A stretch of 57,396 nucleotides of DNA, the filler included, from Basidiobolus ranarum (taxonomy: Eukaryota), in the NCBI GenBank assembly GCA_040143965.1. It is 7 parts of 7 records of this genome, joined end to end, with 100 filler letters (N's around TTAATTAATTAA, not from the genome) between each part and the next. Parts side by side here need not be neighbours in the genome. Positions count along the whole stretch, not along the records: positions 24,668 to 32,781 come from JASJQH010001017.1; positions 32,882 to 40,991 come from JASJQH010001018.1; 5 more parts are not named here. One strand, 5' to 3'. The notes beneath the pieces were generated by a model. It was not told the DNA's origin. It saw only the letters and a list, made by a program, of their open reading frames with translations, and made no database searches. Shown in pieces: positions 24,568 to 38,779 of this stretch. Within the stretch, counting starts at the first letter, position 1. Each line of letters opens with the position of its first letter. The position numbers and the translations under genes are program-made.

Positions 24568-24667
24568 NNNNNNNNNNNNNNNNNNNNNNNNNNNNNNNNN
24601 NNNNNNNNNNNTTAATTAATTAANNNNNNNNNNNNNNNNNNNNNNNNNNNNNNNNNNNNNNNNNNNN
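24568..24667. other. assembly gap spacer
   Basis: N44-TTAATTAATTAA-N44. Confidence 0.98.
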
Positions 24668-26097
24668 ATATATATCTAGCACGTCTTTATCTGTGACTCT
24701 TGCTGCTTGGAATTGAAACATAACTTTGAACATAATCGAATTGCATACCAGGATTGTAACATCAAGGTTTATTTCACTCGGTGCACATTTAGGAATATTT
24801 TCTATGTTTCGTTACTTTAACCTGCGATTTCATTTTCAGTGTGCAATATTACTAGTATGTGGTATTACTCAAGGACTAGGTTTTCAGATGCAACTGCTAG
24901 TACTTTTACAGTCTACTGATACTGTGTTTCCAATTACTACGAAAACTCAGTGTTACCTATGGGAAATAACTCAGATAGAACTATATATATCTACTTATGA
25001 ATGATCTTCTTGTTAACCATAGACGACTGGCAATTTTTGCATGCATTTTCTATATAGAGCATGATTTTTACCTACATGCTCTAGAACAAGATATTTCGGT
25101 GGCTATTTGATGTAGCGCCATTTATTAACTAAATTAGGTTAACCTGCTATAAATAAATAACCTCGATATAATGCCATAGGTTATAGAGTGGCCCATTCTA
25201 GTAAGGATGCTTTATCTTGATTTAGTCAATTAACTGAAATTATCAAAACCATTGTGAATCACAATCTAACATTTTGCGACGCAAGCCAAACCATCTCTAA
25301 CATTCAATCTGGTCAGCGATCACAGCTATATAGTCACAGAAGTATAGCCAACATATCTCCTCAAAAGTACTCAGATGTTTGGGGCGGAGCCAACACCGGA
25401 GATGAGCAAAACACTTGGTCTTGCTTGTGATGTTTTCATTGTCAGCATCTATTGACTTGGATTGTTACCACTATTTCAATAACAATGAAATACATATTCC
25501 TTCAGCATAACTATGGGTACTACTTCACCCTTTGTCTAGTATCTCCTATTAAAAATGAAGGCAGGGGTGAAATTGAAACTAGACTATACTACCAGGTAGA
25601 ATAAACCTAAACCAAAAGTTGACTTGTGTCCCATTCATATTTTAATCTGAATACACGTGTTCAAAGTATTTACAGCATATGCAGGCCTGAAGGAGAACTT
25701 GAGGCACATGAATATGATGCTGCATTTCTACAGCTCAGATTTAAGGTAGTTTCACAAGATATAATACCCATACCCGTGGCAGTGCAATCATTCTGTACAT
25801 ATGGCCGTGAAGTACTGGCTCAGTTTTAAATGCTAAATAGCATGCTGTATCTGTATGTTGTAACAGTTCTCTCGGACAATCATCTCAATCCTGATGTCTT
25901 GACGAAATGACTGCTACTTTCAGATTTTATTCACACATAGATGAAGACTCTTTCGCAGATTAGTTGTCCGTAGTACAACAGCCCTATTTTGATAGTGATT
26001 GAGAAAACAAAATTACATATGGCAGGGTCAAAGTCAGACTAACTGCAAATTCTACTAATTAAATATTTTGGTGAAGTGCTGCCTATTACGTTTGTAG

Positions 26098-27645
26098 TTA
26101 CTGAACTAGCTCATCTAAGATTTCCCAGATTTCATCTTGTTCATATATAGGTCTCCCTTGTGAATCCAAGGAGCCGGGCACTCTGATGGCAACAATGCCT
26201 AGTTTCTGAATCTCTTCAAGATCCACAACAATCTGAGAATTATCCAAGTAGATTAAATGTGTAATGAATGTTCTAACTGGCTCAGGATCAATACAAGGTG
26301 AAACCGGGAAAGTCAAAGCTTGTTCTGCTAGTACGGAGGGTGATTTACATTCTGCATGTATCGCAGAGGCATCTACCTGTCTTGAAAAGTTTAGGCCATC
26401 CGTGATCGCTTGAATGAAATCGATGGCTGTATATCCTTCCGTTTCTCTATCATGCGACCCGTTCAACATCAAAATCTTGTTACGGAGTGAAGGTGAATTG
26501 GCGATAGCATTTCCGACTCCACGAAGTACCAAGCAGGGCATTATCGAAGTATAAAGAGATCCAATAGAATAAAGTAAAGTGTGCTTCGAATTAAGAAATC
26601 GCACACACTTTGGATTGGCAAGAGGAAATATTTCTTGCCCATATTCATTGATGTAGTATATACGTCTAATACGTGCTGGTAGTTTTCCACAGTCGTGCTT
26701 GTCAAATATAATATTCGAATTAACCTTAGCCAGCATGTGGTTATCACACGCTCCGTTTGCAATTGTATCCCCCGCTCTCGGTTGAACGGATGGATGTGAG
26801 ATTTCGCACTGCCCAACGATGGTTGACTCGTCGTCTAGTAAAGCAGCAATAGTGACCATGTGGTTGGTACTAATCATAGGGATCACTGTAGTAGGCTCAG
26901 AGATACCGGTTATTGCAGCAAAGAGAAATATAGCTGCTTCTAGAGAGTTGAAGAACAATCTAGCACCAGTAAGGAAAAAGTTCCCGATGCTACCATTTCT
27001 ATAGTCAAAGCGTTTATGTGCACGCTTGAGTATTTCAAAATGAAACAACGTTAAGAAACCTCGTATCGTTTCCTTTTTTTCCACTGATATTTCATTCCAT
27101 AATCTAGGATAGAAAATAAATTACTCATTTTGATAAGGGTTAGATGATGTCTTTACTGGAGAACATCATACCTGTGAGTACCCTCAACAATCTGCGTCCA
27201 TTCTAGTCGAATATATGCCTCTTCTCCATCAGCAGGTAGGCGGTAACTTAACAGTTCTTTTATTACTTTACGCTCAGCTATTGCCTCCGTATCGCCATCT
27301 TCAGTGTTAATTAATCTGGTTAGACGCGACCTCAAATCTCCAATACTTGGCCCGCCAGTAACTCTAAGAATTTCACTCTGAGTACAAATGAGTCATATGA
27401 ACATCAAAAACTTGGATTTTGGATATTAAAAGTGAACTTACTGTTGAGCCACCATTATCCGAAACACCAAGGACATAGGAAATATTTATCGTTAGTGATT
27501 GTAGAGCTTGGCATAGTGAGTTACAAGCTGAGCCGCCGGAAAAGACAAAAATTGAACGAGTTGAAGGTTTATGACAACAAGGAGTCGGAGAAGAGGAGCG
27601 ATTAGAACGAGTTTTGATGGACCCGTTGACAGAAGAAACGGACAT
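26098..27645 (-). CDS. CofD/YvcK (UPF0052) family protein, yeast YNL011C-like
   Basis: Four exons; VFSGGSACN, SDNGGST, GGPSIGDLRSRL, NGSIGNFFLTGARLF, VGQCEISHP, YSIGSLYTSIMPCL, LNGSHDRET. Confidence 0.88.
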
Positions 27646-30600
27646 AATTATTGATAAAAGAATCTGGTGATCACTAATAAATTAAAGATTTTCTTATAAT
27701 GGAAACTCAGGTTTATTAACTCCAGGTAATGGCTGTTAAGAAAAAGACCAAGAATAAGAAAATTACGAGAACTAAGATACGACCTACAGAGAATTTATAT
27801 GCCAGTATGTATTACCATGTGAATGGCCATCTCTTATCGTTGATGGCCACAGCCAGTAAGAAATAACTACTGTCTCCATTTGTTTGCTTCTCCATATAAT
27901 CACCAATTTATTCAATACATTAGATACTGAAAAGGGGTGGCTGTAAGCATGTGTAGTCAAGCTGGCCAGCAGCCACAACAAACTAACAAATGGCCATATG
28001 CTCTTATCTGGATATCAATCGTTGCATAACCCTCACACCACATGGATTCAATCCTAAGACTACGCTTTGCGAGTTGAGTATTCGCATGGAAGCAAGCCCA
28101 ACAAACTTACGATCGATAAGAGCTAATTGAATATATTCAGGATGGCCACCTATCACACAGCCGCCTAGCGATTGCATTTGGAGACATAGGGTCACTAAAT
28201 TCTTGACCCTCAAGTGCAAGTGTTCAGCTCAGGCGCAAGCACAGTTCTTGATCTAAGTATGTGTGCCAAAAAGTAGCTGTACTAGTTTATTATGCCGTTA
28301 CATATAATATGCGTGAAGTGCAAATCCTCTATGACTTGAGCCAAATACATCAATATCCCATAACTGATCATATTAGTACTGCACCGATTGGAAAAACAGC
28401 CTGGCTTATGAGTGACTACTCTCAATTGGGTACCACCAGACCAATTGAGAGTGAGGGCCACTGACACAGACGTTTGTCCTGTCCAATGGCACATTGCTGA
28501 TTCAGATTTCGCATGGTCCACAAGCTTGCACCGCCATGACTAAAGAGTCAGAACTGAAATCAGGAGTCGATGAGTAAGATTGCCTGTCACCAGGACATCC
28601 AGCTGTACGATTCACTCATGGCGGTAAGCGCTTATTTTGAAGCGTGAGGTCCCTGTAATGTTGATGAGTAATGGTACAATGAAGAGGAGAGGGTTTCAGT
28701 TTCAGTCGACGATAGCGTATCACAATGTCTTGATCTGGTGTTAATTTAATATCTCGTATTTGGCAAATGGAGTGCTACTAAGCCATAAGGGCATAATTAT
28801 ATTAATTTTGGTGGAACGTTGCTGGAGGTCAGCGATTGCTGCTTATAAAAATAGACGCTGTACATGTCAATTGGGTTCAATGGCACCTTATAGAATCGAT
28901 CTAGGAAAAGCTAGTGCTAATTTTAGGATCGGATCACGCTAGTTCAAGGTTTTTTCCGCACAGCAGTTGGTCGCAATCTCTTCAGGTGCTATTCTCTTCA
29001 ATCTGGTTGTTGTTGATTATCTGTTCGGTAGGCTCTTGCTTGCATCCTAAGCATCCAATGGCGCCTTGGTATGATAATCTGGATACTCAGATGCAACGAT
29101 CGGCAAATATGAGGGCGTTTGGTTTGGCAATGAGCTGATGCGTATTCCCAGATTGCTACTGAGCTCTTCCCAGTATGAGCCAGGGCAGTTGATAGTATAA
29201 TGGAGTATCAAGACAGTCTCATCGTCATATTTGGAGCTATTCAAAGATTCTACTGACACTCATATACCAACTTATTGTGCTTCAAACACGAATAGACTAT
29301 CAAGAGTTGTCTGAGAAAATGCTCCCCAGTTCATGCCCGAACGCCTACAACAATAATAATCTTTAACTGCTTTGCTCATGAAACAGGATCGATAATTGAC
29401 ACCCTGGCACATAGACTGCAGAATTGAATTTGTGTCTGATACATCTGATCAAACATCGCTCTTGGTTCTTCTCCCCTGAAGCTGTTGAAACTAGTCTGGG
29501 GCAAGGTAATATGGTGTAAAGGCATAACTTGCTTATCTCTGTATCAATCCATGTCTTCTAAACAGGTTTCTTATAGATCTATGTATTCAAATGGTTATAT
29601 GAACTAACAATTAGTATTGTTTCGATCCATAGGAGGAGCTACCTACTCATACATCGGCACAAGTATCATGAGGGAGGCTACTAGGGCAGCCTAGCAAAAC
29701 CATATCTTCCAAATATCCACTTGTATCTAGATCTGTTGTCTGTATTGATTCTGCTGAAATCCAGTTCCTTCCATGTTGGATCTTACCTTGAGAATGCTAT
29801 TTAATCCTTTGAAGATTTCTTCATTCATACCAGTATAAAAACACCTCTAACTCTCTGTTGAATCTTTGAGTAGAATATGAGCTAGCAAGATCAGAATGAT
29901 AGTTTCTTTGTTTTAATTTGAACTTTAAAAGCTTCAACACACTCTCTTTGATATATAACTTTAGTTTCGATGGTTTCTAGTCATGCTACTGCGCAAGTAC
30001 CCCTCGTTTGTTTAAAAATCACTTAAGCACAGTTGCTACAAAATACCAACGGAGGTCTTTTGCTCTCCTTATCAGGGTTCTTCGTTAAAAAAATCCCCTC
30101 TGAGGTATAGCAACAGATGTGTCGTGGCCAAAACTATACACGTTTTACCAGTAACCAGTAAAGATATACCTACGCTTCTAAGGGCAGACATGTATTTATT
30201 CCATAATTCACTTGGCTTACCGATGAATGCCATCAGTAAATTTACGCATATGTAACGTTTGAAGGATTGAAAGGGTTAGGATACTATTGTTTAGAGGGAA
30301 GCCATTTAGTATGTGGAATGCAATGCCTGAAAGATTACATAGGAATTCGTAATTTACAATGTGCCTTAACCATACAATTGATGAGACTATCGGCACCATC
30401 CTGTAACTCTCCCTCTCCCAATTCTCAAGATATTGATGATTATGGATTATACTAGTGGCAAGCTGTGTGATTGTTTCACTCGTCAAACATGCTCCGCTTA
30501 CCATTAAGCGAAGTAAAATTTGTCTCTGGTAACTCAGATGAATTTCAAATAGCCTAGTATTCCGTAGCATAGTGATTCAGATAATATAGCTGATTGGCTT

Positions 30601-31559
30601 AAAATACGAGGCAGAGAACACCCTGATGCGCTTTTGAAAATCGATCTCCGCCAATAAGCGTTTGCTAATTGAGCATGAGTGTGGTTTACTGGTCTTGCAT
30701 GTCTGTTGCCTCTTGATCATTTGATTCTATCCATCCTCTTTCTAACCAATACTGGCGTTGATTTCAAAATGAGGTTGCATATCCTGAACAACATATATTG
30801 AAGATGAAACACGAAACCTCTGGATTCACTTGCGTTCGCTCACTTACGGTCAAGGCTGAATGACCCGACTTGAAGTTGGTATTGTCCCATAAAGATGGAA
30901 ATCGCTACGTTCATATTTCAGCTTGGTTAGAGGAGTACTACGCTTTTAGAGTCACACCCATTTGATAGCTCATGTTGTTCTGTTACGACCCGTAATTCCA
31001 GGCTGTGACCGCTCGAAATCCTATAGCCAATCATAATTCCCACAAGAGGCATGCACGAGAATAAGGTTTTTTGGTTCATGGAATAGCTAGTGATACGAAT
31101 ATCATGGGTATCTTTTAAGATTGAGACTTAACCTTATATGTATACACGTGTAGTTATGACTGAAATCGATTGGTGCATTCGAAGCAGCTTTTATGCTTGC
31201 CATGTCTACTTGGAGTGTTTCAGCTAGACTAGTAGTAACATAGTCGATAGTACTCCCCTAGGAGCTGTCCACCTAGCACAGGATCTATATGCCTGGGTTT
31301 AGTTTTTCTCGCCAAATGAGTTACTAAGTCCGGTTCAATTCACGGATTTGCAACATCTTAGTTTCATTACAAATGGGTGTTTGCTCGGTCTACTGTATTT
31401 ATTTATATTCAGTCTAATTACAAGGATAATATCACGTGCGTTACCGATATTTGATTCTTGACAGCTTCCTATGCTGGTAACTTGCATATAAACACTAGAC
31501 TCTCCCCAATTTCCTCATTAGCATTTCCTTGACCTTCTTACTTTTGTGAGCATTGAATA

Positions 31560-32781
31560 ATGAGTACAACGTATATCACAACAAGTATCCCTAATAGAAT
31601 AGAAGAACTTAAATGGAGTGATTGGCACACTAAGGTTGCATTCTTCCCCTCTCTTTAGAAGCTTTACCGTTACTAAACGCACACTTCCAACTTTTACTTT
31701 TAGGCTACTTTGATTATTAGTGCTGGATATGTTTTAAGTGGATATGAAAGTACAATCATTTATACACTCTTAAACATTATCGGAAAGAGTCAAGGCCTCG
31801 ATAGTATCTCTATCTCCTGTATCAAAGCAATGTGGATGCTTGGGCTACTAGCAGGCGGTTTTGCTTCGGAATATGCTTCAAGTATCTACGAGAGAAGAAA
31901 TATCTACCTATACTCCTCATTGGCCTTGGCATTTTTTTCTATTGGTTCAGGTACTGATGAATGTGGTTACTTATCATCATATGCATCGTATCTAATAATC
32001 TATTACTTAGGACTTTCGATGTCTTTTGCTTCTCTTCTGTTCTATCAATTCTTTATTGGAATCTTTATTGGAGGAGAATGGGTGATTATGGTATCCTACA
32101 TCGCCGAAACAATCCCTCAGAGACACAGAACATCGGTCAACACGTTTCTGTTGGTTAGCTGGCTGTTCGGGGTCCTTCTTGCTAACTTGGTCGAGCTGCC
32201 ACTTCTTATGTTCCTTGAAGACAGCTTGTCATGGAAAATAGCACTAGGTAGTGCTTCAATATTTGGGATCCCAATATTCATTGCACGTCGTTCGCTATGT
32301 GAATCACCGGAGTGGCTATTGCGACAAGGCAGAGTTGTAGAGGCTGAATCATCTATGGCTGACATAGAGAAGCTGTCAGAGCAACCCTACAAAGAAAATG
32401 CCTCTTTAAGAGCTTCCAGTTTTGAAGTTCCTATTTTGAGGGATTATTTTGAACAGTTCCATGATTTATTCGTAGCAAATCGCCGCACAGTGCTTTTAGA
32501 GATGATTTTCAGCGCAACTATCTCTTTTGCTGGAGTCGGTATCAACTCGTATATCTCGACAGTTTTGATACCAGCACTCAACTTTTCCCACAAAGAGACC
32601 GTGATGTTTTTTCTCTGGGGAAACCTTGGAGCGTTTCTACTTGTTAGCATGACCTGCTTTGTAGTCTCTCCCATCAACCGAAGAATTTCGATGCCAATAT
32701 CCTATGGTTTATCCATATTAGGATCAGTTGTTTTGGTGGTTGCTTGCAATTTTGATAGCCGTATCTTTATCCAATTATCTT
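31560..32781 (+). CDS. MFS (sugar-porter-like) transporter resembling bacterial MFS proteins; 3' end in gap
   Basis: MSTTYITTSIPNRIEELKWSDWHTK | intron 31635-31703 | hydrophobic helices; probable in-frame intron 31951-32010; GIFIGGEW...YIAETIPQRHR; SWKIALG; RRSLCESPEWLLRQGRVVEAE. Confidence 0.85.
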
Positions 32782-32881
32782 NNNNNNNNNNNNNNNNNNN
32801 NNNNNNNNNNNNNNNNNNNNNNNNNTTAATTAATTAANNNNNNNNNNNNNNNNNNNNNNNNNNNNNNNNNNNNNNNNNNNN
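32782..32881. other. assembly gap spacer
   Basis: N44-TTAATTAATTAA-N44. Confidence 0.98.
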
Positions 32882-35093
32882 CAAAATCCCTGGCAGAATG
32901 CAAGCCAACGATATTGTGACGGTTCTCTGATGGTTTTGCTATTTAGGAGGGTGGATCCAATCCGGATCAAATCGATTTTATTTTTGTTAGGGATTGTAAC
33001 CAGTCCATTTATTCTTCAGGAGTACAAATATCTGAGCATCAGTGTCTAAGGAAGTAGTTAGTACTATTAATAGAAAACACACAAATCTGACAGCAGCCAT
33101 TACTAAGCAAAAGAAATATAGCAATACTTGGCATCAAACTGGGCCAAGTGAAGTTGATGTGATGTTAGCTAAATTGGTAACTGTAAAGAAAAGTAAGTTA
33201 GAGATGCCATCTACTTCTAGATATACCCACAGTATGCAACAAATTTGCTGCAAGCAAATAGAGCCAGAGTTAAATGACTCAGTATATGCAAGTTATCTAG
33301 AATTAGCAATAGCATACTTGCAATATCTGAGTCATTTAACTCTAAGTGTATGTTGGAATAACTTGTCTATATCTTAGTTATTAACTTCATCTTAACCCCT
33401 ACTTTGGTATACAAAGGATATCAAAGAAGGATCTGTTTGCCTTTGTTAGAGCTTATTTATAAATCATTTGTATCATACACCTCAGTTGATTTAGATTTAT
33501 ACATAATTACAAATTTAATTGTATGGAGTTTTTCCACCACATAACATAAAAATGGTTGTAATATTAGCCAACAAAAGTAAGAAATTGAAAGGAAATCCAA
33601 GTTCTGAAGTATTTCATCGGAATTGAGAAAACTGTAAATAAAACAACAATTTTTAATAACAAAGTGATGTAATAAGGGTTAGGATTAGATATCAACACTA
33701 TGGTTTAACAAATCAAATTTGTGTTTTGAAAATTGCAAGAATCGAAAAAGGGAACAAGGCTGTTAAGAAATGAGTCAACTTAGATCATGTTTGATGAAAT
33801 CGATTATGACTGATTATATGCGAATTGAATCAAGTTTAAATACGCTACGTGAGTCAATCAATAAGCGTATATATGTTGTATGCACTTCTTGCTAAATTGA
33901 TCGATCCTTTCTTTATAAATCACTCTGCTAAATTCTAACAAAGGCCACTACTGTGGAGTTATCAATCAAATAGAGGCGAATTCGTATTTAGTCCGTTACT
34001 GTAATTCAGCCCAAAATACTCCCGAGTGGTGTAGGATCTACGATATCTAAAATTGACCTCCATGGGGCCACCCTTCATACATATGTCGTTACTAATATAG
34101 CAGATCACCAGGCTTACGCCTACAACACCCGAATATTTCCTGCGCCGAAAATAAGTGTCAACTGATTTAAAAGCAATAAGGTTCATATTTCGGGATTGTA
34201 AGGGAATGATCTATTAATCTATATCGGGTATTGGGCACCATTATATGTGGCAGAACAAAGTAGTCAACGGATTAATTGTACTAAAAGCGATGTGACTTTC
34301 TTCGATCCACAAGGTCAAGCTTAAATATACAACATTAGTCACGCCGCCCTACACGTTTGACCAAAATTGAGGGTAAAACTTACGTATAAGGTGTGCAATA
34401 TTTCTGCATATGATAATCATTGTGACTATCACTTTGACGAAGTATACTCTAGGCACATGATTATCATTATAGCACTGAAACTAGATACCGGAACCATCAA
34501 GGCAAAACTACGTATTAATGGAGTAGGTTCTACTTTAACGTTGTCACCAGTAGTCAAACACTGAGAAATGTCACTTGTTGTTATCGTAATATATTTGGCA
34601 GAAATGGTAAGTATTGTATACTCAGGACTAGATATATCTGCAAAATAGGTATTCAAGGGATATATATTATTTGAGCAGTGTGAAAATCAAACCCAGCAGA
34701 ATGTGTAAAAATATAGTTATTGGGGAAAGCCATCAGCTTTAATTCTTTCACACTTTTTATGGCACTGAGGGCTGCACGTACGTTTACAATGCATGAAAGC
34801 GTGTGAGTTGTACCAGTTTATTATAAGCTCATATTCTATGATGCCCACAGCTACTGGAATATTACCTGATATACCACAACAATATTGAATATCTGTTGCA
34901 TCATCTCCATCACAGCTATAATACTTCTAGTCCATGAATATGACAGCTTGAGAGAAGTCAAATAATTCTACAGTCGCATCCTCCTCTGTACAAGTACATT
35001 CTGGAGACCTTTACATGTAAAGACCATGTATGTATGCGAAATATCAGCTCAAGAAAGAAATATATTGGAGGCCAAGAAAGAAAAGCATAATTT

Positions 35094-36011
35094 TCATTTG
35101 AATCCAGGTAATGTTTCCAAATCCAGCTCAGGATGAATACCATTCCGGGCTGAACTTTCAATGTCAGATATTGTATTAGGCATCTGGCGCTCGCTACGCC
35201 ATTTATGGGATCTCCATACTTGCTCAGTCATTAATTTGGAAGATACGGCCCCTATTGAAAAAGAAGCATTGTTAATCCCTATTCAGATATTTGCACACGA
35301 ATGGCAGTAGGTGGAACACTAACATTGGATGCTGAGGAGATCCGATTGCTCCATTACGTTGGTGAGCTTGAAGATAGTGATAAAGAAGTAGAAGACACAT
35401 ATGGACAGGGAAAATAGTAAGCCATCTTTCAAAATCAAGGAGTAGATTACCCTTGGAGACTCTCTGTACTGGGTGTATATTATTCTGGAGAAGGAAATGG
35501 TAAGGTATAAGATGCTCACCGCCTCTACCCCTATTACCATCAACATGTGGTAGAAATTGGCTACGGTGGTACATGTGCGCATATCTCCTCCAACATAGAT
35601 TAACTTTGTACTGAAGACAAGGTTGAACCAGACTCCCAAATGTATCAGGCGACAAACAATATATACCACGGTGACAGGTCGCGGGTTGTGTTGAACAGAT
35701 TTGGCTTTGAGATAGAGGATTGTATCCAAGGAAATCATACTTATACACGACGTAACGGCATATGTAATATAACGTAGTAAACATGGAGTAGTACTCAGCA
35801 TACAGCTGACTATCTGTAGTATGGAATTCAGAAACAACAGTATTGCGGCTATGAGATTCAACTTGAAGATTGCATGATGGTTGTGAATCACTGTAACGAT
35901 ACCATAATATATATTATTCAAGGCTATTGGAACTGATACCGAAGCGATCATCAAATCAACATCATGATGTAACTGTGGATATTGTGACAGTAGAGGTGTC
36001 GAGGAAGTCAT
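35094..36011 (-). CDS. orphan seven-transmembrane (GPCR-like) protein
   Basis: Exon 1 35324-36011, intron 35252-35323 (gttagt...caatag), exon 2 WAVSSKLMTEQVWRSHKW...LPGFK*. About seven hydrophobic segments; Cys before TM3 (TTPC) and in the TM4-5 loop (MRTC). Confidence 0.75.
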
Positions 36012-38779
36012 ACACTAGGCTCTGGGGATTTCCGAATCCACAACGGCTGAGAGGCACTATGCTATTGAAATCAGTTGTTGACTCGGTGCAGAAAAGTGCT
36101 CCAAACAAAAGGCGAGGCAAAGGAAAGAGCCACTAATACAACTTAGTATTGTGAATGAGCACCGTGATTTAGGGGAGAGGCGGAGTGTCGAAGAGGGGAT
36201 ATCCTGTGTGATATAACAAAAAGAAGCCCAACTAGCAATTATTCAGCTTCAAACTTGAATTCGAGTCATATCTCTAGCTGGCTGTTCATCCAGAAGCGTA
36301 ATGCTTTTATATTGGAGCAACTAGAATCTGGACCTAGCTTGGATTCCAAATGAAGAGTTGACTCTTTTGGTTACTGTAATCATACTATATGGAGGTCGCC
36401 AAATCGTATCTGTGTGAGGTGCTCGGCGTGATATATGTCCCATAAGGACAATAGATCCTTATAGATGAGCCGATGAATTTAGTCTACACTTCCAGACTTG
36501 GTTACATATACTTGGTCTATTGTGAAGAGCTCTGGTTGTTTGGTGTAATGCTTCCAAATAAGTAACATATTCATTCAAATTTAGAATTAGCATATGCGAT
36601 TAAGGTAAATAATACGAGTGTTTAATTAGATAAATAGGACACTTGGCAGTTTGTTTGAGCTTCAGACAAGATTTGACTCCAATCAATAGGCCGTTCTTCA
36701 GTATACTAGTAATCGGAATGTGATTTCTGAGGAGCTACCGAGATGATTGAGGTTAACCATGTTACGTAGAAGGCGATCCACTCCTACAATTTGTCCGTGC
36801 AAACCCAAACCTTTCAGAACAGATGAGTGATAAGACTTGGTATTGATTTCTGTGGCATTTCACGATGATTTAGCCAGTGTACCATTACCGTGGAATTCCA
36901 TCCTCTGCGCTTCACAAATCAATAGCCTTGAAGAGTTGTTCAATGGGTTTGTATATCAGTTGATTGTTGAATATGCGCGCCAAATCAAGATTCATTATCA
37001 AATTGTCTCTCAGTACGACCTTAGTTCCATTTTGTTTGAGGTTTTCGAATCGCCATGTGCGAGTTCACATTCATTTTGAGTTTAACTTGAACACTAGTGG
37101 TGAAATTGTGGGGACGTTCGGAAAATTTCGATGGAACGTTCTTTGATTCTCATCACCAAATGATATTTAAGTTATATTTGGACAGCTGTCAGATTACAGC
37201 CACTTTATGAATCACTAAAAGGAAATTAGAGAAGAATGAAGTGGTACGATGTACACAATTGGACAAAGCGTGGCTAACTCGGCTTGCGGATCCTATGTAT
37301 ACCCAACGTAGAAGGGCCACATGGAGCCAGATCAATACAAATTGAATTTTGTCAACAGAATACCACTTGAGGATTTTCTTGACAAACTTATTAAATTTAT
37401 TCCTGGCTCATTTATTAACAGCAGTATGTTGAAACATTGTGGTTGCGCAAGTACAGCTTTCTGATTGTCCTGTATCATTGTTGAGTTACTCTATAACACC
37501 TTACTAGTTGCTTTAGAATGCTGCATTAAATGCAATATTACAGTGCTATTGCTTGCCATTGCCTGTGTAGCAACTTTGTAGCTTAAACTCAAGATCACAT
37601 ATAAACCATTATGGTGTTCTGTCTGCACCTCCCTTGTTGTAATAATTTTATCTAAATTTTTTATGGAGGGCTGTGCAATAGTGTCCAAAGTAGCCATTTT
37701 GGAAGTTGATGGTCTTCATGGTGTTTCTGCTGAACTTTGCTCAAATATTGAATTTCTATGTGATTGGGGGATTACAATTTCTTCACTTGCACTATTGCTG
37801 GTAAGGAATACATATGATGAATTGATTATTGCTTTATTTTTACTTGAGTTAGTTTCTGGCATGTTAATGCCTTCCAAAGTGGATAGTGCATTGCTTGACT
37901 GCTTATCAATTAAGTCCTCTGTTCATGCTTGTTTCTTTCCTTTTGTCCTAGCAGGCATTTGCTTGGAAGCTGATTTTGATTAAGATTTTGAATGCTTTTT
38001 TTAATAGCATTGCAATTTTCAGGAAGTAAACATGGTTTAAAGAATTGCTTAGTAACAGCTTGTAATATATCAAAATTGCCAACCTTTATCAGAAATATCT
38101 TTGAAACCCCTATGACTATTCTGTGAAACCATCTCAGTAATATTTGATGATATTGATGTAAATACCTAAAATGCTACACTGATATAGGAGGTGTTCTTTT
38201 TTTCAATGTCCTTCTCTTGCTGGAACATAAATATTCAAAGAAGCCCTGCTATTATTGTCACAAATTCATGTGCTATGCAAGCCAGAAGCTTTGTAGAAAA
38301 AATAATCACAGGCACGGTAACTATACAAAGTCATCTGCAGAAAAAGCCTGATGAATGTCAACAGTACCAAATGCATAAAATCAACTTTAGGTTTGCCCAC
38401 TAAGTCCACTTGTTACACTTTTCCTTAAAGATTTGTAACAATACTGAAAATCAAGATACCATGGAGTTGCCACAGTTATATGACCAGAATGATGTAGGTA
38501 AAAATGCAACTTTGGTTGAACCAGTAAGTCTGGACAAATTGGAGGACATACTGCTACATGTTCACCTTGTTAATACAGTACTGTAGGTAGTATATCATAA
38601 GATGAAGAAGGAGATAGTAGTTTTGTTATAGACTCTGTGTTATTGGCAGGCATCAATTCACTCACAACATTTACAGTAAAGGAAGCAGCTTGGAATATTG
38701 AGGAGTGTGGAGTTCAATCAATTTTGGCAACCAGGTTTTTATTGATTTTCTTACACTTTTGCCACAGTTGATTGCCAAC

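Noticed and set aside
25330-25900. Apparent exon/intron signals and a short hydrophobic frame
   Set aside because: No consistent spliced ORF or recognisable family could be built.
27780-31400. Possible decayed LTR/DIRS element (minus-strand YLEDMVLL near 29700 and SGMNWGAFSQ near 29330 echo RT and RNase H motifs)
   Set aside because: Two short degenerate matches in about 3.6 kb could be chance; needs a frameshift-aware HMM search.
34215-34262. Minus-strand FCHI*WCP resembling the IS200 TnpA YHIVWCP motif
   Set aside because: Contains a stop, has no HUH motif or flanking similarity; coincidence likely.
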